Assembly: GCA_028710685.1 (NCBI GenBank)
Contig: JAQTTQ010000002.1
Span: 33,416 to 97,415, forward strand
Reading direction: 5' to 3'
From: Candidatus Omnitrophota bacterium
Lineage (GTDB): Bacteria > Omnitrophota > Gorgyraeia > Gygaellales > Profunditerraquicolaceae
Length of the DNA stretch: 64,000 bases
Of the stretch, positions 9,806 to 19,917 are shown piece after piece. Position 1 is the stretch's first letter; every line of letters begins with the position of its first letter. The position numbers and the translations under genes are program-made. The notes beneath the pieces were generated by a model, which worked only from the letters and a program-made list of their open reading frames with translations, was not told the DNA's origin and made no database searches.

Positions 9806-10826
9806 GGGGAATATTGATTTAGCCGCGGTTAAGGAATCTGAAGAAGATTTAGTATTGAATATGTCTTTGCGGCCAAAGAAGTTTTCTGAATTTGTAGGCC
9901 ATAAGGATATCGTTGATAACTTAAAGATTTCTATCCAGGCAGCCAAACAGAGGAAGGAGCCCCTGGAGCATGTCCTCTTAAGCGGGCCTCCCGGTCTGGG
10001 CAAGACCTCGTTATCACATATCATAGCCCATGAATCGCAGGCAAAGATAACCGCTACCTCAGGTCCTGCCATTGAGCGTGCCGGAGATTTGATCGGCATT
10101 TTGACTAACCTGGAGAGAGGGGATATTCTTTTTATCGATGAGATACACAGGCTTTCTAAGGTGGTTGAAGAGTTTTTATATCCGGCAATGGAAAGCTTTC
10201 AGATTGATTTTGTTATTGATAAGGGTCCTTATGCCAAAACTATTAAATTTAACCTTAAGCCCTTTACGTTAATAGGCGCAACTACCCGTACGGGTTTATT
10301 GGCAGCCCCGTTAAGGGGAAGATTCGGAATGTTTTATACCCTGGATTTTTATAAAATTGAAGACCTCTCTAAGATTATTAAGCATTCTTCTAAAATACTG
10401 GGTATAGAGATTGCAGAAGATGCCTCTTATGAGATAGCCCGTAGGGCACGCGGAACCCCGCGTATAGCTAACCGTTTGTTGCGGCGCATAAGGGATTATG
10501 CCCAAGTGGCATCTGTGGATAGAATAGACTTAAAGATTGCGGTTAAGTCTTTGGACGGGCTGGGGATAGACCAGGCCGGGCTTGATGATTTGGACCGTAG
10601 AGTTTTAAAACTGATTTTAGAGTCGTATGGGGGAGGCCCGGTAGGCATAGAGTCATTAGCCGCAAGCCTCAACGAGGAGGTAGATACTATTGCGGACACG
10701 GTTGAGCCGTACCTTTTAAAGGCCGGCTATCTTAAGCGTACCCCTCGTGGCCGTATTGCTACTAAGCTTACCTTTGATCATTTCAACGTAAAATACACAA
10801 AAGAAAAACAGGAAGAGTTATTCTAG
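9774..10826 (+). CDS. ruvB: Holliday junction branch-migration ATPase RuvB
   Basis: LRPKKFSEFVGH.. and a Walker A GPPGLGKTSL, in the RuvB AAA+ family. Confidence 0.9.
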   Translation: MSEETREALIKGNIDLAAVKESEEDLVLNMSLRPKKFSEFVGHKDIVDNLKISIQAAKQRKEPLEHVLLSGPPGLGKTSLSHIIAHESQAKITATSGPAIERAGDLIGILTNLERGDILFIDEIHRLSKVVEEFLYPAMESFQIDFVIDKGPYAKTIKFNLKPFTLIGATTRTGLLAAPLRGRFGMFYTLDFYKIEDLSKIIKHSSKILGIEIAEDASYEIARRARGTPRIANRLLRRIRDYAQVASVDRIDLKIAVKSLDGLGIDQAGLDDLDRRVLKLILESYGGGPVGIESLAASLNEEVDTIADTVEPYLLKAGYLKRTPRGRIATKLTFDHFNVKYTKEKQEELF

Positions 10827-10835
10827 TTTTTATCA

Positions 10836-11372
10836 ATGAAATTATTAATCCATATTTGCTGTGCGCCTTGCCTTATCTATCCCCTTGAGGTATTAAAGCT
10901 TAAGGGGATAGATGTTTCCGGGATATTTTATAACCCGAATATCCACTCATCTTTAGAATATAACGAAAGAAAGAAAGCGCTGATAGCTTTAAATCCGGGG
11001 ATTGAATTAATTGACTCCGACTATCTGCCGCAGGAGTTTTTTCGGGCGATAAACCTGAAAGAAGATTCTCCTGTAAGATGCGCGATCTGCTGGAAGCTAA
11101 GGCTGAAGAAGACGGCTACTATAGCAAGGGAGAGAGGCTTTAAATATTTTACTACCACCCTTTTGGTCAGCCCCTATCAGGATCAGGAATCCTTAAAGAA
11201 AATTGGGGTAGAGGCCGCTAAAGAGGCAGGGGTAGAGTTTTATTATGCCAATTTCCGCCCGGGTTTTAAAAAGGCCCATGAAGAGGCAAGGGGGAAGGGC
11301 ATCTATATGCAAAATTACTGCGGATGTATTTATTCCGAGATAGAAAGGAATAAGAAAAAACAATATGCGTAA
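10836..11372 (+). CDS. queH: Epoxyqueuosine reductase QueH (DUF208)
   Basis: HICCAPC motif at the N-terminus and a CAICWKLRL..FTTTLLVSPYQ C-terminal region. Lies next to queA and tgt. Confidence 0.8.
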   Translation: MKLLIHICCAPCLIYPLEVLKLKGIDVSGIFYNPNIHSSLEYNERKKALIALNPGIELIDSDYLPQEFFRAINLKEDSPVRCAICWKLRLKKTATIARERGFKYFTTTLLVSPYQDQESLKKIGVEAAKEAGVEFYYANFRPGFKKAHEEARGKGIYMQNYCGCIYSEIERNKKKQYA

Positions 11373-12546
11373 ACTCATATTTGTGTTTTTAATCGGCTGC
11401 TCATTATGGAACAGCCTTATCACATTATCTTTTGCCGGAGATAATATAAGAGCCGATATCCCAAGAGGGGTATGGGTGAGTGTGTTTTCCGCGAGTAAGG
11501 TTCTTTACTCCAGGGATGAGGCGGTAAAATTAATTGCATTATGTAAGAAGGCAAAAATAGGCCAGATATATTTACAGGTTTATCAATCCGGTCATGCCTA
11601 TTATGATTCAAAGGAATTTGATAATTCAAAATACCAAGGCATGGTTAAAACTGCGCAGATAGATGTAATCGATTTTTTGTTAAAAGAGGCAAGAAATAAT
11701 AATATAAAGGTGTTTGCCTGGATTAACCTTTTGAGCTTAGGGCAAAACAATAATGCGGATGTAATCAAAAGATTTGGGGCGGAGGTTTTAACGCGGGATC
11801 AATATAACCGGATCTCTGGCAGGGGTAACCCCAATGAGTCCGATAAGTATTATTTAAGGGAAGAGCTTTTATTTTTAGAGCCAGGGGATCAAAGAGTAGC
11901 CAAGTTGTTAATTTCCGTAGTGGAGGAAGTTATAGAGAGGTATCCCTTATTCAGCGGGGTGCATCTTGATTATGTGCGCTATCCTATGACGGTCCCTTTT
12001 ATCCCCGGATCAAGGTTTAATAACTACGGGTTAAGTTATGGTTATGGCCTGAAGAATATAGAGCGTTTTCAGGAATGGACGGGTTTAGACCCTCGCTCTG
12101 GACTGAAGAGTACTAAGGATTATCTGTTGTGGGATAATTGGAGAAGGGATCAGATAACTAGTCTTGTAAGAAGAATAGCTAAACGCGTCAAAGAGAAATC
12201 CCGGGATCTTTTAGTATCTGCTGCGGTTATCCCTGCGGGAGAGCGGGCATATGCCAGCTTGTTCCAGAATTGGGCTTTTTGGCTTGAAGAAGGTATTTTG
12301 GATTATGTAGTACTTATGAACTATACCCTGGATAACCAGTTGACCAAGGAGCTAGTGCGTTCTTCCCTTTCCCATAGAGGCAGGGGTAAGGTTTTTGTAG
12401 GGTTAGGGCTGTATCTGATGAAAGACAATTTCAATACCTTTATTGACCAATATAAGGCCGTTCTTAGTCTTAATCCCGACGGGGTAGTTATATTTGCCTA
12501 CGATGATATAGACGATGTACTCCTTAAGTATTTAAGCAGCTTATGA
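11365..12546 (+). CDS. Secreted lipoprotein of the glycoside-hydrolase-like GHL10 family (YngK/DUF4015-like TIM barrel)
   Basis: Signal peptide with a LIGC lipobox. RGVWV.. start of a GHL10-type barrel. Overlaps queH by 8 nt and ends 19 nt before queA. Confidence 0.6.
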   Translation: MRKLIFVFLIGCSLWNSLITLSFAGDNIRADIPRGVWVSVFSASKVLYSRDEAVKLIALCKKAKIGQIYLQVYQSGHAYYDSKEFDNSKYQGMVKTAQIDVIDFLLKEARNNNIKVFAWINLLSLGQNNNADVIKRFGAEVLTRDQYNRISGRGNPNESDKYYLREELLFLEPGDQRVAKLLISVVEEVIERYPLFSGVHLDYVRYPMTVPFIPGSRFNNYGLSYGYGLKNIERFQEWTGLDPRSGLKSTKDYLLWDNWRRDQITSLVRRIAKRVKEKSRDLLVSAAVIPAGERAYASLFQNWAFWLEEGILDYVVLMNYTLDNQLTKELVRSSLSHRGRGKVFVGLGLYLMKDNFNTFIDQYKAVLSLNPDGVVIFAYDDIDDVLLKYLSSL

Positions 12547-12565
12547 GCCCTTCTTTCACAATAAA

Positions 12566-14687
<2,122 letters not shown>

Positions 14688-14711
14688 GAATTTAAGAGGA
14701 TAATATATACC

Positions 14712-15413
14712 ATGACTAGAATTGACCTAGTTACAATTTTTCCCGGGATGTTTGACGCTGTGCTTAATGAATCAATCGTAAAGCGCGCCCAGGCTAAAGG
14801 GAAGGTTGAATTTAAGATCCATAATCTAAGGGACTATACTTTTGATAAACATAAAAAGGTCGATGACCGTCCTTTTGGAGGGGGCGCTGGAATGGTAATG
14901 TGCCCGCAGCCGATATTTAATTGTGTTGAGTATATAAAGTCAAGGTTAAGGAGTATGAAACCCAGGGTAATCCTTCTCTGTCCCCAAGGGGAAAAGCTAA
15001 CCCAGGCTGTTGCAAAGAGGCTATCTAAGATTAAGAGCCTTATCTTAATTTGCGGGCATTACGAAGGAGTAGATGAGAGGGTGAGGGAGGAGCTGGTTGA
15101 TGAGGAGGTTTCTATAGGGGACTACATCTTAACCGGAGGAGAGCTTCCGGCAATGGTTTTGATAGATGCAATCGTAAGGCTTATCCCCGGTGTGCTGGGA
15201 GACAAAAATTCCTTGAAATTTGAGTCTTTTGAGGGTAATCTATTAGAACATCCGCATTATACCCGTCCCGCTGAATTCCGTAATATGGATGTCCCGAAGG
15301 TGCTTTTATCCGGAGATCATAATAAGATAGAGGCCTGGAGGAAGAAAGAGTCAGCTACTAGGACAAAAGAACGCAGGCCGGATTTATTGAAGCCTAAGTT
15401 AAGGAGGAAGTAA
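14712..15413 (+). CDS. trmD: tRNA (guanine37-N1)-methyltransferase TrmD
   Basis: [17 protein letters not shown].. in the TrmD SPOUT family. Followed by rplS, as is usual. Confidence 0.9.
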   Translation: MTRIDLVTIFPGMFDAVLNESIVKRAQAKGKVEFKIHNLRDYTFDKHKKVDDRPFGGGAGMVMCPQPIFNCVEYIKSRLRSMKPRVILLCPQGEKLTQAVAKRLSKIKSLILICGHYEGVDERVREELVDEEVSIGDYILTGGELPAMVLIDAIVRLIPGVLGDKNSLKFESFEGNLLEHPHYTRPAEFRNMDVPKVLLSGDHNKIEAWRKKESATRTKERRPDLLKPKLRRK

Positions 15414-15766
15414 TGAATAAGATTAAATTAGTTGAAGCGCAATTTACCAAGAAAGATCACCCTGTTTTCGGCGTAGGTGATACAGTTAAAGTTTTTACCA
15501 GGATTCCCGAGGGTCCGGATAAGTTTCGCCTCCATCCTTTTGAGGGAGTAGTTATTTCAAAGGAGGGCTCAGGGATAAGGGAGCATTTTACCATTAGAAA
15601 GGTATCCTACGGAGAGGGGATTGAGCGTGTTTTTCCTTTGAACTCACCGGCCATAGATAAGATCGAAGTTGTGCGTTTGGGCAAGGTAAAGCGCGCTAAG
15701 CTTTATTATCTGAGGAATAAATTTGGTAAACGCGCCACCAAAATAGCTAGCGCAGAGGCTAAATAA
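15413..15766 (+). CDS. rplS: 50S ribosomal protein L19
   Basis: 117 aa L19 family protein. ATGA junction with trmD. Confidence 0.9.
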   Translation: MNKIKLVEAQFTKKDHPVFGVGDTVKVFTRIPEGPDKFRLHPFEGVVISKEGSGIREHFTIRKVSYGEGIERVFPLNSPAIDKIEVVRLGKVKRAKLYYLRNKFGKRATKIASAEAK

Positions 15767-15783
15767 GGGCTGGCTTAAGCTAA

Positions 15784-16386
15784 ATGCTTTATTATGAAGA
15801 TAAATATAATCGACTTGGGTATAAATTTGTTATCGGGGTAGATGAAGCCGGAAGAGGCCCTTTAGCCGGGCCGGTAGTTTCAGCCGCGGTATTGTTAAAC
15901 AGAAGAAGATTCAATAATCTTATAGATGACTCCAAGAAACTTGCTCCTCTAGCGCGGGAAAAGGCTTTTTTAGAGATTAACAGAAATTCGGTAAACGGCA
16001 TCGGTATTGTAAACGAGAAAATAATTGACCGGATTAATATTTTGGAAGCTACCCGTCTATCCATGCAGCAGGCAGTAATCTCTCTGGTAAACAAACTGGG
16101 AAACATAAATCATGATGAGGTTTTTGTTATCGCAGATGGCAACATGGATTTGTGTCTCGGTTTTCCTTATCAGTCTATTATTAAGGGCGATAATAAATCT
16201 AAGAGTATTGCCGCTGCCTCTATCCTGGCTAAGGTCATTCGTGATAGAATGATGTATGCATATGACAAGATTTACCCGGCTTATGGATTTAAGAGGCATA
16301 AGGGTTATCCCACTAAGGAGCACAGAGGTATTTTAAGGGAGATCGGCCCTTGTGTTATACACAGAAAGAGTTTTGTTTGTGCCTAA
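15784..16386 (+). CDS. rnhB: Ribonuclease HII
   Basis: VIGVDEAGRGPLAGPVV catalytic motif. Confidence 0.9.
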   Translation: MLYYEDKYNRLGYKFVIGVDEAGRGPLAGPVVSAAVLLNRRRFNNLIDDSKKLAPLAREKAFLEINRNSVNGIGIVNEKIIDRINILEATRLSMQQAVISLVNKLGNINHDEVFVIADGNMDLCLGFPYQSIIKGDNKSKSIAAASILAKVIRDRMMYAYDKIYPAYGFKRHKGYPTKEHRGILREIGPCVIHRKSFVCA

Positions 16387-16393
16387 GGCAGGG

Positions 16394-16759
16394 ATGAGCT
16401 TAGGGTTAAGAGGTGAAGAGGCGGCCGCCTGTTTCTTGATGAAGAACGGGTATAAGATTATATCCCGTAACTACAAGAATAAATTAGGCGAGGTTGATAT
16501 TATAGCAGAAGACGGGGGGGTTATCTGTTTCATAGAAGTGAAAGCCCGCAAAAGCAACCGGTTCGGCCTGGCTAAAGAATCTGTGACAGTGAGAAAACAG
16601 AGGCAGATAGCTAAAGCGGCGATAGGCTTTCTTAAGGAAAAAGGTTTTTTAAACAGAAGGGCTAGATTTGACGTAGTTGCCCTAGATTACTCTTCTTTTG
16701 GGATAAAATTAGATTTGATTAGAAATGCCTTTGATTTAGGGGGTAATTTTAATTATTAG
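16394..16759 (+). CDS. yraN: YraN-family (UPF0102) endonuclease
   Basis: GEEAAACFLMKNGYKIISRNY..GEVDIIAE..FIEVKAR. Start placed at the ATG at 16394 rather than the ORF-track start at 16352 that overlaps rnhB. Confidence 0.75.
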   Translation: MSLGLRGEEAAACFLMKNGYKIISRNYKNKLGEVDIIAEDGGVICFIEVKARKSNRFGLAKESVTVRKQRQIAKAAIGFLKEKGFLNRRARFDVVALDYSSFGIKLDLIRNAFDLGGNFNY

Positions 16760-16763
16760 GAAA

Positions 16764-17324
16764 ATGTATAAGGACAATACGCTTAAAGATTACCTTGATG
16801 AATTAGCAGCTAAGCTTCCCGTTCCGGGAGGCGGATCTTCGGCTGCGCTTTGTGCCGCTATGGCAGCTGCCTTGGTGAGTATGGTGGTTAATTTTACTTT
16901 GGGAAAGCCAAAATATGAGAAATACGAAAAAAGGCTCAAGGAGGTTATTAATAAATCCGAGTTCTTAAGAAAAGAGTTCTTGCGGCTCGTAGACTTAGAT
17001 GCTATTGCCTATAAGTCCAATAATATGAGGGATGCCGTTAATGTCCCTTTTATGGTCGCCCGGCTTTGCCTGGAGGGTATAAAATTATGCCCTCCCTTGT
17101 TGAAGGAGGGGAATATTAATTTAGTGAGCGATATTGCGGTAGCCGCAGTTTTCTTTGAATCCGCTTTTGTTTCCGCATCTTTTAATGTTAAGATTAACTT
17201 AAAAAGCTTAGGCGATAAGAAATTTTGCGCAGGGGTTAGGAAGGAACTATCCCGCAATAACCGGCAAATAAGTAAAATAAGGATGCAGGTGGAGGAAAGA
17301 GTTGGCGATATTATTAGAGGGTAG
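16764..17324 (+). CDS. Cyclodeaminase/cyclohydrolase-family protein (FTCD_C domain; FchA-like methenyl-THF cyclohydrolase candidate)
   Basis: LPVPGGGSSAALCAAMAAALVSMV is the signature of the FTCD C-terminal all-helical domain. Overlaps folD. Confidence 0.7.
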   Translation: MYKDNTLKDYLDELAAKLPVPGGGSSAALCAAMAAALVSMVVNFTLGKPKYEKYEKRLKEVINKSEFLRKEFLRLVDLDAIAYKSNNMRDAVNVPFMVARLCLEGIKLCPPLLKEGNINLVSDIAVAAVFFESAFVSASFNVKINLKSLGDKKFCAGVRKELSRNNRQISKIRMQVEERVGDIIRG

Positions 17325-18147
17325 GCATATTGCAGAAAAGGTAAAGGAAGATATCAGGCTTAAGGTTTTGTCCTTAAAGATAAGGCCTTCTCTTGCCAGC
17401 TTAATGGTGGGCGATAATTCGGGGGCAGTCAGCTATGTCAAGTCTCAGGCTAAAGCCGCAGAGGAACTGGGGGTAGAATACCAAATACATAAGCTTTCTT
17501 CTTCCTCTTCACAGGAGGATATCATAGGTTTTGTCCGGAAGCTAAACAACGATAAGTCCGTTAACGGAATTATTATCCAGAATCCGCTCCCTGAAAAGAT
17601 AGATTATAAAGCGGTGAGCTTTTCTATGGACCCTGAAAAGGATATTGAGGGAGTACACCCTGCTAATATTGCAGGGATTATTACCGGCAGGGCTAAATTT
17701 ATTCCCTGTACTGCCTATGCGGTAATGGAGTTGATATCTGCCAGCGGGATTAACTTATACGGCAAGGAGGCGGTGATAGTCGGGCATAGCTCAATAGTGG
17801 GTAAGCCTTTAGTGTTTTTATTATTGGATAAGCTTGCTACAGTCACAATATGCCATATAGGCACTAGCCAGGCCGGTAAATTAGAGGATCATATACGCAG
17901 GGCGGAAGTATTAGTTGTTGCCGTAGGGAAGGCAAACCTGATAAAAGGGGAATGGATTAAAGAAGGCGCGGTGGTTATTGATGTGGGGATTAACCGGGTA
18001 AATGGCAAGATTGTCGGGGATGTAGAGTTTTCCGCTGCAGAAAAAAAAGCTGCATTCATTACTCCGGTTCCCGGAGGCGTTGGGCCTTTGACTGTTGCTA
18101 TGTTAATGCGTAATTTAGTTGAGGCAGCCAGGCTGCAGCAGGGTTGA
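17302..18147 (+). CDS. folD: Bifunctional methylene-THF dehydrogenase / methenyl-THF cyclohydrolase FolD
   Basis: 281 aa in the FolD family. Probable TTG start. Confidence 0.9.
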   Translation: MAILLEGRHIAEKVKEDIRLKVLSLKIRPSLASLMVGDNSGAVSYVKSQAKAAEELGVEYQIHKLSSSSSQEDIIGFVRKLNNDKSVNGIIIQNPLPEKIDYKAVSFSMDPEKDIEGVHPANIAGIITGRAKFIPCTAYAVMELISASGINLYGKEAVIVGHSSIVGKPLVFLLLDKLATVTICHIGTSQAGKLEDHIRRAEVLVVAVGKANLIKGEWIKEGAVVIDVGINRVNGKIVGDVEFSAAEKKAAFITPVPGGVGPLTVAMLMRNLVEAARLQQG

Positions 18148-18166
18148 TGGAGTTAATAAATTAAAG

Positions 18167-19036
18167 ATGAATTTTAAAGAAAAATTAGCATCCGATAAAT
18201 TCGTATTGACATCTGAGGTCGGGCCTCCTAAGGGGGTTGAGGTCAAGGGCCTTTTGGAAGAATCTGAGCTTATCCGTAACCGCGTGGATGCGATTAATGT
18301 TACGGACTTGCAAAACTCGGTTATGCGCCTTGGTTCTCTGGCGGTCTCCAGTATTTTAAAGCACCACGGGTTTGAACCTATCTATCAGTTAACCTGCAGG
18401 GATAGAAACCGGTTGGCGCTGCAATCAGACCTTTTGTCCGCAGCGGTGTTAGGCATTGAGAATGTTTTAATCTTAACCGGAGATCATACCACCGCCGGGG
18501 ATCATCCTGAGGCGAAGCCCGTTTTTGACCTGGATTCCGTACAGCTTTTACAGGCAGCTAACAGGCTAAGCCAGGGGTTTGATATAAAGGGAAACAGGCT
18601 AAGCGGTAAAGCGCCGAATTTTTGCCTGGGGGCGGTAGTTAACCCCGGGGCAGATCCCCTAGAGCCTCAGATTATAAAAATGGAGAAGAAAATAGCCGCC
18701 GGTGCGCAGTTTTTTCAGACCCAGGCGGTATATGACATAAAGGTTTTTGAGGATTTCCTTAAAAAAACCAAGCATCTTAAAACTAAGATTATGGCCGGGA
18801 TTGTTTTGCTTAAATCTGCAGGTATGGCTGAATATATGAATCAAAATGTGGCCGGGGTAAACGTACCCGAAGAACTGATTAAGGAGATGGGAGAGGCAAA
18901 AGATAAGGTTAAGCAGTCTGTCAAAATTGCATCAGGGATTATAAAGGAATTAAAGCCTATGTGTGATGGGGTTCATATTATGCCTATTGGTTGGGGCAGG
19001 CTCGTCCCAGAGGTTTTAGATGCCTCAGGGCTATGA
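18167..19036 (+). CDS. metF: Methylenetetrahydrofolate reductase (short MetF type)
   Basis: FVLTSEVGPPKG..INVTD..YQLTCRDRNR..ILTGD motifs of MTHFR. An alternative start lies at 18119. Confidence 0.8.
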   Translation: MNFKEKLASDKFVLTSEVGPPKGVEVKGLLEESELIRNRVDAINVTDLQNSVMRLGSLAVSSILKHHGFEPIYQLTCRDRNRLALQSDLLSAAVLGIENVLILTGDHTTAGDHPEAKPVFDLDSVQLLQAANRLSQGFDIKGNRLSGKAPNFCLGAVVNPGADPLEPQIIKMEKKIAAGAQFFQTQAVYDIKVFEDFLKKTKHLKTKIMAGIVLLKSAGMAEYMNQNVAGVNVPEELIKEMGEAKDKVKQSVKIASGIIKELKPMCDGVHIMPIGWGRLVPEVLDASGL

Positions 19037-19917
19037 TGAATCATATTGTTATTATAGGGGCTTCATCCTCCGGGCATAATCTTGCCTTCAAGATAAGAGA
19101 GAGAAATAAAGGCTGTAAGATAACCTTGATCAGTGAAGAAGGTTATTTAGCTTATGATCATCTGAGGTTGGCTGATTTTATTAGCGGGACAATAAGTGAA
19201 AGGGATGTATTTTTATGTAATGAGGATGATTATTTAAGTCAGGATATAAATTTCCTTAAGAATAAGAAGGTTGCAAGCATTAACATACAGAGGCGCTTGC
19301 TTTATTTCAAGGATAAGGGAAATATCAATTATGATATTCTGATAATTGCCTCCGGCAGGAGCCCGACTATTTTGGATATTCCGGGTGCCCGAAAGGAAGG
19401 GGCCTATCGCCTCTATACTCTGGATGATGCCAAAGAATTTCTTAAACGTTATATCGCCTCTGCGGTTTGTATAGTAGGCAGCAGTAGTTTTGCTTTAAAA
19501 ATAGCAGAGGTGGTCTCGGAGAAATACGGGGTTGAGACAAAAATATTAAGCCCTGCTGTTTTTAACCTTGCGGATCTACCCCCAAAGTCAGAGGTTATTA
19601 ATGATACCTTGGCCGAGGTTATCGGCGAGGGGGAAGTCCAGGCAGTTAAGCTTACAAGCGGCAAGGTGTTGGGAGTATCGGCGGTCTTATTTATGGATAA
19701 TTACAAGGCAAATATTGATTTCCTGAAGAATGCGGATATACAAATTAAAGAGGATTGTATCGCGGTGAATGGGCTTATGGCTACTAATTACGATAATATT
19801 TTTGCCTGCGGCAGTGTTGTGGGCAGGGATAGTTTAGCTGTAAGTTTAATGCTGGCGGATAATATAACTAATAGATTAGGCCAAGAGGATGCCGGAAACA
19901 TTAGCGCAGTTAAGTGA
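19033..19917 (+). CDS. NirB/NADH-oxidase-like two-Rossmann-domain protein with degenerate dinucleotide-binding motifs (pseudo-flavoprotein)
   Basis: Colinear with the FAD and NAD domains of class-II pyridine-nucleotide-disulfide oxidoreductases, but GxGxxG is replaced by IIGASSSG and the second motif by VGSSSFALKIAE. ATGA junction with metF. Confidence 0.5.
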   Translation: MMNHIVIIGASSSGHNLAFKIRERNKGCKITLISEEGYLAYDHLRLADFISGTISERDVFLCNEDDYLSQDINFLKNKKVASINIQRRLLYFKDKGNINYDILIIASGRSPTILDIPGARKEGAYRLYTLDDAKEFLKRYIASAVCIVGSSSFALKIAEVVSEKYGVETKILSPAVFNLADLPPKSEVINDTLAEVIGEGEVQAVKLTSGKVLGVSAVLFMDNYKANIDFLKNADIQIKEDCIAVNGLMATNYDNIFACGSVVGRDSLAVSLMLADNITNRLGQEDAGNISAVK

